A DNA stretch of 37,897 nt from a virus (IMGVR_UViG_3300033562_001313:1-37897), one strand, 5' to 3'. Shown: positions 18,937-26,929, counted from the stretch's first letter. Made by a program: numbers and translations. Notes: generated from the letters alone by a model not told the origin.

Positions 18937-19279
18937 GCGGATGTCTCCTTTCTCGCAGAATGGGGCAATAGTGGTTGTTATCGATCTTTTCTATCATCCT
19001 GGTAATTGCCTGGGTTGACAGGTGGATAACCGTCTGCAGGCCATCCGCGGTTTTTTCCGAGGATTTCACCAGCAGCACGTTGTTTTCATACATGCTGACA
19101 ACCTCTTCAAAGCGCTTTTTATCGGATGACTCCCGCCGGCGGATCTCCTCCCGCAGGAGAAACAAACCTATCGTCATCAGTATCTGCGGCAAGGTCATGA
19201 CCAGCAGCAGCAGGCCAAACTGCGAGCCATTCATGGCCTTGATAAGCATGGCCACTCCGGCCCAGACGTTTTGTTCCAC
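18926..19279 (-). CDS. Membrane-anchored protein of the lysis cassette (Mu gp25-like position)
   Basis: GTG start (VEQNVW) with GGGGGAG RBS; TM helix followed by coiled coil. Confidence 0.6.
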   Translation of the reverse strand: MEQNVWAGVAMLIKAMNGSQFGLLLLVMTLPQILMTIGLFLLREEIRRRESSDKKRFEEVVSMYENNVLLVKSSEKTADGLQTVIHLSTQAITRMIEKIDNNHYCPILRERRHPHDD

Positions 19280-19491
19280 TATCTCCCCCTTTCTGCCTCG
19301 AAGAGGGTAGCACAGCCGATACAGCGGATGCAGCCCGGAAGGATCTGCCGCCGGAGTTCGGGGATAGGCTCGCCGCAATCGATGCAGGTGTTCCGCGTTT
19401 CGCCTTTATAGGCTGATATCCGTTTTTGCAGGGCAAGGGCCTGTTCGCGAAATCTGGCGTCAAGCTCCTGCGCCTGGTCGAACTGATCCAT
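19279..19491 (-). CDS. TraR/DksA C4 zinc-finger protein
   Basis: MDQFDQAQE...CIDCGEPIPELRRQILPGCIRCIGC. Confidence 0.9.
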   Translation of the reverse strand: MDQFDQAQELDARFREQALALQKRISAYKGETRNTCIDCGEPIPELRRQILPGCIRCIGCATLFEAERGR

Positions 19492-19670
19492 TATTTCCCC
19501 TGGTTTGAAAGTTGTTCAAAGCCGCTTTTATCCAGTTTATGCCCGAGGCCGACCAGGGCCAGAGCGGCAACGATCTGTTGCAGTCCGCCGATGGTGTCCC
19601 CGCCAAGGATCGTCATGATGCCAAGCCCTGCAGTGCAGAGTGCCGCAACCCATGTTTTCCAACCTTTCAT
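19491..19670 (-). CDS. Putative holin (59 aa, not in ORF track)
   Basis: MKGWKTWVAALCTAGLGIMTILGGDTIGGLQQIVAALALVGLGHKLDKSGFEQLSNQGK; two hydrophobic segments; coupled to endolysin stop; AGGAG RBS. Confidence 0.7.
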   Translation of the reverse strand: MKGWKTWVAALCTAGLGIMTILGGDTIGGLQQIVAALALVGLGHKLDKSGFEQLSNQGK

Positions 19671-20221
19671 TGGATGATCTCCTTTGTCTGTTTAATATCC
19701 TGCGGGACAGAATTCCTTTCTGTCCCCAGCTGACTAAAGAGCCGTTCAACCCTGCTGACATAGTTGATTGTTTCGTCGGCATGTCTTCCGGTGATATTCG
19801 GCAGGGAGGAGGCGATTGCCGACCAATGGTCTGCCGCCAGGCCGGACCGGCCGGCCAGATCCTGGGCCTCAAGGATATTGCCGACCCCGGCGTTATAGCT
19901 GCCGAGCATAAAGCGGACCCGCTCAAGGCCGGTCTCTTTCTTCCAGACTTCCCAGCATTGCCGGTCATAGGCGATACCAAGACGGATATTGACGTGCGGC
20001 ACCTGCGGGGTGAAATTGACGCCGACCTTTCTCGCCATCTCCGCCCCGGTACCGGGCATAAGCTGCATGACGCCAAGGGCTCCGGCGGGAGAAACCGCCA
20101 GCGGATCGAGGCCCGACTCGGCTATTGCCTGGGCCTTAAACCACTGCCAGGGCAGGATCTGATAAAAGAATTCCAGCCCGTAGATCTGGAAGTAATGGTC
20201 GTAATGATGGGAGTGTTGCAT
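19667..20221 (-). CDS. Endolysin, lytic transglycosylase (SLT)
   Basis: AESGLDPLAVSPAGALGVMQLMPGT and SYNAG motifs; GGAGG RBS before MQHSHH. Confidence 0.92.
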   Translation of the reverse strand: MQHSHHYDHYFQIYGLEFFYQILPWQWFKAQAIAESGLDPLAVSPAGALGVMQLMPGTGAEMARKVGVNFTPQVPHVNIRLGIAYDRQCWEVWKKETGLERVRFMLGSYNAGVGNILEAQDLAGRSGLAADHWSAIASSLPNITGRHADETINYVSRVERLFSQLGTERNSVPQDIKQTKEIIQ

Positions 20222-20295
20222 GTCGCCTCCATAAACACCATGCCGAACCGGCCGCGTCGATTGCTCGACTCGGCCGTACTGTGTCAATAATGGCT

Positions 20296-20338
20296 TTTAT
20301 AAAGGACTGGAGAAAGGAAGGGTAGTTGAAGCAGTTCA
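20296..20338 (-). promoter_or_regulatory. Activator (Mor/C)-dependent late promoter, lysis/morphogenesis operon
   Basis: Dyad TGAACTGCTTCA, 25 nt, then TATAAA; no canonical -35. Confidence 0.6.
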
Positions 20339-20349
20339 GTTATTGCGGG

Positions 20350-20703
20350 TCATGGTGGGGTCAGGAGGATATTAACCTTCAGCCCATTAATCTTAATACG
20401 TCGCGGCGCCACCCATGAAAACCAATAGGGCGGCGATGACTCCGAGTCAGTGGCATCGGTGTAATGTGCTGCCAGGGTGTACATGGCACCGCTGGGCGTG
20501 TCGGAGAGCGTACACTCAAAGGTATAATCTGCTTCAACTGGTATCGTGCAGGCAAGCGTTCCGTTGCGATAAAGGAGGTAGCTCTCAACAGTTTTGTCAG
20601 CGGGTGGCGTGAACTCAAAGTCCACCTCGATTGTTTTATCTGCGGCCAGACCAACGACAGGCAGCATCAATAAAACCAGCAATGCTGTGATTACGCTACG
20701 CAT
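20350..20703 (-). CDS. Secreted fibronectin-III/Ig-like small protein
   Basis: Signal peptide MRSVITALLVLLMLPVVGLA|A; SYLLYRNG...YTLAAHY..ATDSESSPP Fn3-like pattern. Confidence 0.65.
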   Translation of the reverse strand: MRSVITALLVLLMLPVVGLAADKTIEVDFEFTPPADKTVESYLLYRNGTLACTIPVEADYTFECTLSDTPSGAMYTLAAHYTDATDSESSPPYWFSWVAPRRIKINGLKVNILLTPP

Positions 20704-21793
20704 ACCCCTCCTCATTATAGATAGCCTGCAATTCCGCCGATGGGTGGCACCAGCCGGAATAGTCTATCAGGTTAAACGCCTCTTCAGAATTTTCGCCATC
20801 TTCGGAAAACATGGATATGGCCGGCAGACAATCTTTTACCCCGGTACTCAGCACGGTTTTAGCAATCTGGAACACCCACGACCTTAGACCGTGAAATGAT
20901 TTCAGCATACCCCGGCGTAGGTAGAGAAAGATTCGCACCATTGATTCCTGGACAGCATCCTCGACATCGACGTAATAAGGGACGTGGAAGCGGTCAAGCC
21001 GCGAGCGGAGAAAGGTGGAAAGGATTTTTTTTTGCTCTTCCAGCCAATCACCTATGGCATTGATATCGCCATGCCAGAATTTGAGGAAACAATCTGCCAT
21101 TGGGTGATCGCTGTTTTCCGCCATTGCAATGGCCTTTTCCAGCATATAGGATCTACCGTACCATGCCAGGTTATCGGCTCGGCAATTGCTACGGTCGCCG
21201 TCGATAAATACCTCGTTGAAGTCGCCATCGGGGTTTGGATGGAAGGCACGGAGAACCTCCATGTGGACAACAATCCGATTGCCGCCCTTATTTTTAACGG
21301 TCATTGATGGCTGTTTGGCATTTTTATTGGCCGTCTCAAAAACTGGAGTCATCAGCCTTTCGTCGCGTTTACGGATTGATTTTACCCTGCCCATATTGGA
21401 GATGAGCAAACCAAGGCAATCCTCACGGCCAATAGCTTTCCACTCTTCACCGGGCAGATCCGGCACCCGCTTAATGTCAATGGTTCCGGCAGTACGAATC
21501 CGGCTCCAGTGTTTTTTACACAAGCCTTGCCCATAGTGTGGCTTGTTACAGCCATTAATGGAGCAGCGGATGACGGTCTGATCACTCTCTCGCTTTGCCT
21601 TGTGCGCCAACTCATAGCAACTGCGGCACAACCCCTTGGCATAGTGCGGCTTGTGGCAGTAACGACATTTCTTTTCCGGCTTTTTATAGAGGGGGTCGCC
21701 GTGCTGCTGGCGGATATGCTCATGCAGGCGACAGAGGCCGTTTGCCACTTGTGGTTTATCACAGCCGATAATGGTACATTCCATCTGACTCAT
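20696..21793 (-). CDS. Zn-finger/NUMOD4/degenerate HNH protein fused to a sigma70 region-2-like domain
   Basis: Three C-x-x(xx)-C...GLC repeats; EEWKAIG..ISNMGRVKS; EVFIDGDRSNCRADNLAW; DVEDAVQESMVRIF...LRSWVFQIAKT. Confidence 0.65.
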   Translation of the reverse strand: MSQMECTIIGCDKPQVANGLCRLHEHIRQQHGDPLYKKPEKKCRYCHKPHYAKGLCRSCYELAHKAKRESDQTVIRCSINGCNKPHYGQGLCKKHWSRIRTAGTIDIKRVPDLPGEEWKAIGREDCLGLLISNMGRVKSIRKRDERLMTPVFETANKNAKQPSMTVKNKGGNRIVVHMEVLRAFHPNPDGDFNEVFIDGDRSNCRADNLAWYGRSYMLEKAIAMAENSDHPMADCFLKFWHGDINAIGDWLEEQKKILSTFLRSRLDRFHVPYYVDVEDAVQESMVRIFLYLRRGMLKSFHGLRSWVFQIAKTVLSTGVKDCLPAISMFSEDGENSEEAFNLIDYSGWCHPSAELQAIYNEEGYA

Positions 21794-22866
21794 GGCGCTG
21801 TCCTCACGTGGAACGTGTTGCCTACCTTGACGATCTTACCATCCCTCATTTTTCCCATCATTCGCCCGGTCGGCTCGGTTATGCCGGTCTCCAGGGTACC
21901 CGTGGTAAATGTCCACTGTACGCCGCTGCCGTCCGGATCTTCAACAACTGGGGCAATAACCATGCCGCCGGCCATATTCTCAGCAACATAGGTTGCTGTT
22001 ATCTTCAGGACATCGGGGTTGCTTTGGGCGGCTAGGGTGTAAGAGCCGTTATAGCCGGTCGTTCCGGTGATAGTCACCGCCTCACCGCCCTCATAGGTAT
22101 GGGCCTGGCATGGCAGGCCGACGGTGCCGTCGCCGTTGTCAATGGCTGATGCCCCGGACAATATAATGGTTTCTGTGCCAAGAAATGTCTCGGCTACATA
22201 GGTGTGGGTAATAAAAAGCTCACCGGCAACAGAGGCAGACTGCGACGGCAGGGTGGTGGTGCCGTTATAGTTGGTCGTGCCGGAAATAATGATACTGTCG
22301 CCCTCCGTAAATAAATGGGTGACTTCGCCACTGGCTGGCAATGGTAACGGAAGGGCCACTATACCACTGCCCTTATCGACAGCTGCAGCAGCTCTGAGGG
22401 TTTTCTGTAAAGCAGGTTTAAAGCCATGTCCTTCCGGCCAAACTGGCTCAGTTGCCCCGGATGTCCCGGCCCTGGTTGCCGCCATCCACCAAAAGGCCAA
22501 TGGATAATCGCTGACGGATATTTTATCACCGAGTGAATAGGCGGTCAGTGGTTGCCAGGGCGCGGCGTAAGCGGTGGCTCTGCCGGTAATTCTGGCAGTC
22601 GCTACCGTCGCCAGGTCTACGGAGGTGTTGAGCTGCCGGTCACTCGGCTTATCCCAGACCTCGGCAATAACCACATCGCGGTTCAGAATCTGTACCCCTA
22701 TGCGGTGCTTTAACGAGCCTGATCCGAAACCTTCAACAACATAGGAAGAGTCGTTGCCGCTCGACAGCCAGTCGGTGTTACCCTCCCAGGCTACGGTCAG
22801 GCTGTCTATTGCCCCGGCCAGGGTCGGCATACAAACCAGGAGGATAGCAAAAAATAATCTCTGCAT
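21790..22866 (-). CDS. Secreted beta-repeat protein with phage tail-like modules
   Basis: Signal peptide MQRLFFAILLVCMPTLAGA; AGTSGATEPVWP motif; two H..EG..I.I.GTT.YNG.(T/Y)TL repeats. Confidence 0.65.
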   Translation of the reverse strand: MQRLFFAILLVCMPTLAGAIDSLTVAWEGNTDWLSSGNDSSYVVEGFGSGSLKHRIGVQILNRDVVIAEVWDKPSDRQLNTSVDLATVATARITGRATAYAAPWQPLTAYSLGDKISVSDYPLAFWWMAATRAGTSGATEPVWPEGHGFKPALQKTLRAAAAVDKGSGIVALPLPLPASGEVTHLFTEGDSIIISGTTNYNGTTTLPSQSASVAGELFITHTYVAETFLGTETIILSGASAIDNGDGTVGLPCQAHTYEGGEAVTITGTTGYNGSYTLAAQSNPDVLKITATYVAENMAGGMVIAPVVEDPDGSGVQWTFTTGTLETGITEPTGRMMGKMRDGKIVKVGNTFHVRTAP

Positions 22867-22875
22867 GGTATCTCC

Positions 22876-24717
22876 TTACCAGGTGGCGAGCGCGGCCCGG
22901 AGCCAGGTGTTAGTGGCAACACAAACATACCAGTAACTCGTATCAAACCACCACTGCCCGGCTGTGCAGGCGGTCGTTGCTGTTGCCGGTACTACCCCTG
23001 TCGGAAGGGTTATGGTGACGTTTGCGGCCAAAACTGCCGGTGCTTTTAAAATAACCTCATTGGTGCCATTGGCCGGATCTTCTTTTAAACCGATTTCCCC
23101 TGTCTCGCCTGTCGGTGGTGGTGCGACAATAATGTCGTCCACAGACAGTGTCGTAAACTCACCAGTGGAGGGGGTAGTGCTGCCGATAGGGCCAGGTGCC
23201 GTCAGATCGACGGCGCTTGCCTCATCACGCACTTCCTGAATGGCGGCTTGGACAGTAGTCGCGGCAATTGTGCCGTTTGGAGTAAAGGCAACACCCCCGG
23301 CATTCTGATCTCCGGTGTTGGTGCCGGATAAATTACCGAGCTTTACCTTTTCGGCATCGGTTGCATAGTTATCATCGGTGCCAAGGGCAGCAGCAGCGCC
23401 AAGAGTAGCCCTCGCAGTTGCCGCATCGGTATCGTCAAGCACCGTTAGCATATAGGTAGAGGCATTGATATCGACGGCATTATCATTGGCGGTCAGTGCT
23501 GCCTGCACCGCAGAAACAAGTGATGTGCCGGTGTAGGTTGCGCCGCTCAAGGCCGGTACGGTAATCGTTCCGGTAAAGGTTGGGCTGGCGGTTGGTGCGG
23601 CTTCATCCCGCACTTCCTGAATGGCTGCTTGGACAGTGGTCGCGGCAATCGTACCGTTTGGGGTAAAGGAAACTTCTCCGGCTGTTTGATCGTCTGGGGA
23701 TGCAGGGAGATTAGTAAGCAGCGCCCCGGAAACGGCTGGTAATTGCGCCGAGGCGTTGAGCTGCACATAGTTATTCGCACTGGTGCCGATATTGCTTTCA
23801 AGCATATAGCCGATATGTGGGTCGGTTAAGCCTGCATGGGTAGATACAGCAGAACTCACCTCGGTATCCCTGGCAATTGTCGAGGCGATTTGAGCGTCGG
23901 GTACTGTACCAGTTGTTATATTTGTGCCGCTTATACCTGTACCAACTTTAGACCCAGTCAAGGAGCCATCGGCCAGATCAGTCAGATCCGCGTCAAAGGC
24001 CTGGACGTTTGTGCCAACAACAAGGCCGAGGCTTGTCGGAGTTTGATCGCCGGTGTTGGTGCCGCTGGTGTTTGCCAGCCTGGTACTCGATGTTGCGTCA
24101 AAACTGATTTTTGCCGTATTGGCAGCTATTGCATCCTGAGTAGCCGTAGATAAGCCAAGAGTCGCTGAGCCGGCAGAAGCCCCACCTGTTAAGCCAGTAC
24201 CGGCAACCACATCAGTAATATCACCTGTGCCTGCTGCCCCTATTTCATCATCACCGACAACTAAATTCCCCGATGAGTCGAATTTTAATACCTTGCCGGA
24301 GGCCTTGCCTGTGGTATCAACGTCGGTAAGGTCGTTTATCGCCGTCGCCCCGCCGGAAGCCACCAGGCCGGACAAATCAACCGTTGCGGTGTTGCCGCCA
24401 GACAGTGTCAATGTCAGCACGTTGGTTGTGCTGTTCAGGGAAAAATTCGATACCGTTTGGCTGTCGGTATTGACCAGCGAGGCAACGTTTACCGCTATGG
24501 TGGCACCACTGGCCATAAGCAGTGTCATGGTGTTGCCTGTCACCGATCCGGAGATAACTTTATGGCCATAAAGTTCGGTAAAGTTTGAGTTAAGTTTTGC
24601 TTTCTCTCCACCCCACAAAACGCCGGTGCCGCTGGAGATTGTTTGCTGTGCGGCAAAGCTTGCCGTTGTTGCGGCGAATAAAATGGCAGCTGCTAATAAC
24701 AGTTTTGTTTTAATCAT
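22876..24717 (-). CDS. Secreted fibre/adhesin-like protein (613 aa)
   Basis: Signal peptide MIKTKLLLAAAILFAATTASFA|A; tail-fibre motifs; C-terminal GQWWFDTSYWYVCVATNTWLRAALATW. Confidence 0.7.
   Translation of the reverse strand: MIKTKLLLAAAILFAATTASFAAQQTISSGTGVLWGGEKAKLNSNFTELYGHKVISGSVTGNTMTLLMASGATIAVNVASLVNTDSQTVSNFSLNSTTNVLTLTLSGGNTATVDLSGLVASGGATAINDLTDVDTTGKASGKVLKFDSSGNLVVGDDEIGAAGTGDITDVVAGTGLTGGASAGSATLGLSTATQDAIAANTAKISFDATSSTRLANTSGTNTGDQTPTSLGLVVGTNVQAFDADLTDLADGSLTGSKVGTGISGTNITTGTVPDAQIASTIARDTEVSSAVSTHAGLTDPHIGYMLESNIGTSANNYVQLNASAQLPAVSGALLTNLPASPDDQTAGEVSFTPNGTIAATTVQAAIQEVRDEAAPTASPTFTGTITVPALSGATYTGTSLVSAVQAALTANDNAVDINASTYMLTVLDDTDAATARATLGAAAALGTDDNYATDAEKVKLGNLSGTNTGDQNAGGVAFTPNGTIAATTVQAAIQEVRDEASAVDLTAPGPIGSTTPSTGEFTTLSVDDIIVAPPPTGETGEIGLKEDPANGTNEVILKAPAVLAANVTITLPTGVVPATATTACTAGQWWFDTSYWYVCVATNTWLRAALATW
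23221..23669. repeat. Intragenic duplication (FTPNGTIAATTVQAAIQEVRDEA x2)
   Basis: Near-identical ~68-bp copies at 23221-23288 and 23601-23669, differing mostly at synonymous sites. Confidence 0.85.
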
Positions 24718-24899
24718 GATAACTCCAAGGCATCGAGCATTTCTAAGCCGTCGAGCATTTCAGTAGTGGTTGGATCGACGGGCAAGCCCGACTCGTTGAG
24801 GTTGCTCGCGTTACCCCAGCCATGCAGCACGGAAAAAAGCTGCTCGATCTGCCTTATCGCCTGGGCCTGCAAGTTTATCCCGCCATTGAGATCAACCAT
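24714..24899 (-). CDS. Small acidic hypothetical protein
   Basis: Coupled ORF in the cassette. Confidence 0.55.
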   Translation of the reverse strand: MVDLNGGINLQAQAIRQIEQLFSVLHGWGNASNLNESGLPVDPTTTEMLDGLEMLDALELS

Positions 24900-24900
24900 A

Positions 24901-25257
24901 TTACGCCCCCCCGCGAATGTGCATGGAAAATGCCGCCATATCAGCGCCGCCGGTATTGGTGACGGTAACCTGTACAGCTGGGCAGAGCAGGCTGGAGTAA
25001 AGGAAAAAAGCCGGCGTTCCGGCGGTGACTGACCCGATATCGGACACCGCGCCGGGAGTCTCGCCGTCCGGCAGGCGGGTGACGGTTACTGTGCAGTCCT
25101 GATCGGCAGCGATATCAATGCCGAGGGTTTTACACATCCTGGTATTTATGTGGGATGATGCCCGCGAGGCGGCGGCCTCAAGCGGGGCCGTATCGACCAG
25201 CAACAGAGTGCTGCCTGTGCCTATGTGCCCCGTGGGCACGCCTATTTTATCGTCCAT
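24901..25257 (-). CDS. Small beta-sandwich-like hypothetical protein
   Basis: AGGAG RBS; first gene after late promoter. Confidence 0.7.
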   Translation of the reverse strand: MDDKIGVPTGHIGTGSTLLLVDTAPLEAAASRASSHINTRMCKTLGIDIAADQDCTVTVTRLPDGETPGAVSDIGSVTAGTPAFFLYSSLLCPAVQVTVTNTGGADMAAFSMHIRGGA

Positions 25258-25286
25258 GAGTTTCTCCTGTCGATGAGGTTACAAAG

Positions 25287-25327
25287 AATAAGGGGCTACC
25301 ACCAAATGCTGGTGATAGCCCCTTATT
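25287..25327 (-). terminator. 18-bp hairpin terminating the antirepressor operon and overlapping the late promoter -10
   Basis: AATAAGGGGCTATCACCA-GCATT-TGGTGGTAGCCCCTTATT then CTTT. Confidence 0.6.
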
Positions 25328-25354
25328 GAAATAAAGATTATAGGAAGTGGTTCA
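25312..25354 (-). promoter_or_regulatory. Second Mor/C-dependent late promoter, driving the secreted-protein cassette
   Basis: TGAACCACTTCC, 25 nt, TATCAC: same geometry as the promoter at 20296-20338. Confidence 0.55.
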
Positions 25355-25367
25355 GTGCTTATGCCGG

Positions 25368-25601
25368 TCAGAGTTTGGCGATGGCCGTATCGATGGTCCG
25401 TTCCAGGGCGTCCATAATGAGCATCAGCCCCATGGCGCCGCGTTCGGACAGGCCGCAGCCGCCGCCCTGCTCGGTTAGATTCGGCGCCATATCGGCAAGG
25501 AACCGAGCCACCGAGGCCGCGCCGTCAAGGATATCGGCCGGGTGGTTATTGGGCGAGAGGCGGAAGGGTGATTCCGTTGCCGGTGAGATTTCCGTTTGCA
25601 T
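25368..25601 (-). CDS. Hypothetical protein (antirepressor operon)
   Basis: 77-aa helical ORF with GGGG RBS. Confidence 0.6.
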   Translation of the reverse strand: MQTEISPATESPFRLSPNNHPADILDGAASVARFLADMAPNLTEQGGGCGLSERGAMGLMLIMDALERTIDTAIAKL

Positions 25602-25611
25602 GGCGGCCCCC

Positions 25612-25959
25612 TTATTGTACCGGGATGAGCTTACGGCTATCGACGGTCATTATCATCGGCTTCAGGCCCATCCTCCGGTCATGATCTCTCATCTCTTTTA
25701 TGACAAGGTCAATATCTTCCTTGCTCATGCCAAAGGTTTTGCGGACACTTTCGAGCGAGAAATAGCGGTTTCCCTCTTCATCAACATGGTCGGGCACCAG
25801 CTCGGGAAAGAACTTCCGCCTGGCCTCATCGAGTTTTTCCCGCAGCTCGGGAGGGGCATTTTCAAATACATAGGCCATCACATCCTTGTATTCCGATTTG
25901 GCTTTGTTCTTATGGTCACAGACAAAGGCTAAGGCCTGATCAAAAGACATGTTTTTCAT
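25612..25959 (-). CDS. Hypothetical protein with possible C-terminal HTH
   Basis: Coupled to antirepressor; RYFSLESVRKTFGMSKEDI. Confidence 0.65.
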   Translation of the reverse strand: MKNMSFDQALAFVCDHKNKAKSEYKDVMAYVFENAPPELREKLDEARRKFFPELVPDHVDEEGNRYFSLESVRKTFGMSKEDIDLVIKEMRDHDRRMGLKPMIMTVDSRKLIPVQ

Positions 25960-26564
25960 TGTTTGCCCTCCAAGCGATGCAGGCAGGAACGAACGGACTC
26001 CGGTTTTCTCCCAACCCGCAAACCTATCTCCCGAAGGCTCAGGCCCTGGCCGCGCAGCTCAAGGACTACGGCGTCTTCTTCTGCGGTAAAGTTCTTGCGC
26101 TTTGGTGGCGGCAAGGCCTTTTGTTTATAATATTTGCCTTCGGTCTCCAGCAGCTCGATCAGACGATCAACCTCAATCAAGCTCTTGCCGATCAGCATAC
26201 GGTCTGGGAGGCCTACGCCCTTGGGCCAGTAGTTCCAGAGGACTTCGTCGCATTCCTTTTGATAGACGATCAGTTTGTCCTTGATATCCGGATTGACCTT
26301 GGATGGGGAAATCCCCAAAACCCAGGCATTAAGTTTTTTAAGGGGCAGGCAGACCATTTCACGCTGTTTTCCATCTGCGGCAACCGTGGTGATAATACCA
26401 CAGTTCCATAGCTCCTGCTCTGACATTAACTTGGTGTATTGACTCTTCCAGTCTAGTCCTAAATTTTCACAAATAGGCCGGATCGGGACAAATGGTTGCC
26501 CGTCATGGTCAATGATAAAGATGGTGTCTTCGTGAAAGGTGATCGGTTCTAGTTGGTTGCTCAT
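25956..26564 (-). CDS. Antirepressor (P22 Ant N-terminal domain + C-terminal HTH)
   Basis: PFVPIRPICENLGLDWKSQYTKL, ADGKQREMVCLPL, YQKECDEVLWNYW. Confidence 0.88.
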   Translation of the reverse strand: MSNQLEPITFHEDTIFIIDHDGQPFVPIRPICENLGLDWKSQYTKLMSEQELWNCGIITTVAADGKQREMVCLPLKKLNAWVLGISPSKVNPDIKDKLIVYQKECDEVLWNYWPKGVGLPDRMLIGKSLIEVDRLIELLETEGKYYKQKALPPPKRKNFTAEEDAVVLELRGQGLSLREIGLRVGRKPESVRSCLHRLEGKQ

Positions 26565-26890
26565 GGTTTTCTCCTACGTTTGATTTGTACTGAGCTCAGA
26601 TCTGAGGCCAGTGATTCCCACCCTCTATGCGACCAAACAAAAAAAGGGCGGATCGAACGGGTTGGTCGACCGGCAGTAGGCACCGGCGAGCCTTGCGGCT
26701 CCCCGTTCGACCCGCCCAAAGGAGCAAATCGAACTTTCGGACATTTACGCCAATGAATTTCAGGCATAAAAAAACCGCCTGAAGAAAGCATTGGCGGCTG
26801 TCCGCCTACATAACGCCGGGCGACCAAACCCGTACAGCCGTTTTTTTCGGCTGCACGGGTTTGGTCGCCCGGAGTTATGTGCTTTGTCAA
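26561..26890 (-). CDS. Ash/Icd-family-like ORF overlapping the C4 RNA region (translation and start uncertain)
   Basis: GGFFMP and GEPQGSP..AGRPTR pattern typical of ORFs read across C4 elements. Confidence 0.35.
   Translation of the reverse strand: MTKHITPGDQTRAAEKNGCTGLVARRYVGGQPPMLSSGGFFMPEIHWRKCPKVRFAPLGGSNGEPQGSPVPTAGRPTRSIRPFFVWSHRGWESLASDLSSVQIKRRRKP
26646..26717 (-). ncRNA. C4 antisense RNA (P1/P7 immI / P4 CI type)
   Basis: Cloverleaf GGGCGGGTCGAACGGGGAGCCGCAAGGCTCGCCGG...CCGGTCGACCAACCCGTTCGATCCGCCC with a GCAA tetraloop; its CGACCAA is complementary to TTGGTCG targets at ~26821-26827 and ~26630-26636. Confidence 0.85.
26768..26798 (-). terminator. C4-controlled terminator
   Basis: GCCGCC...GGCGGT followed by a T run, between upstream target and C4 RNA. 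Confidence 0.6.
26808..26880. repeat. 33-bp inverted repeat over the C4 promoter and upstream target
   Basis: Arms 26808-26840 and 26848-26880 match 31/33, with a T7 loop. Confidence 0.9.
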
Positions 26891-26898
26891 TGAAAAGT

Positions 26899-26929
26899 TA
26901 AAGGGTCGCGTTTCAAACGCGACCCTTTA
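26899..26929 (-). terminator. Perfect palindrome/terminator downstream of mor and the DRR peptide gene
   Basis: TAAAGGGTCGCGTTT-C-AAACGCGACCCTTTA. Confidence 0.65.

Noticed and set aside
3708-19310. Many long plus-strand ORFs (e.g. 16968-18275, 3708-4376, 10634-11272)
   Set aside because: Antisense shadows of GC-rich structural genes, with no motifs or RBS
23221-23669. Repeat pair as a DGR template/variable region
   Set aside because: Both copies are in one ORF, differences are synonymous rather than adenine-specific, and no reverse transcriptase is present
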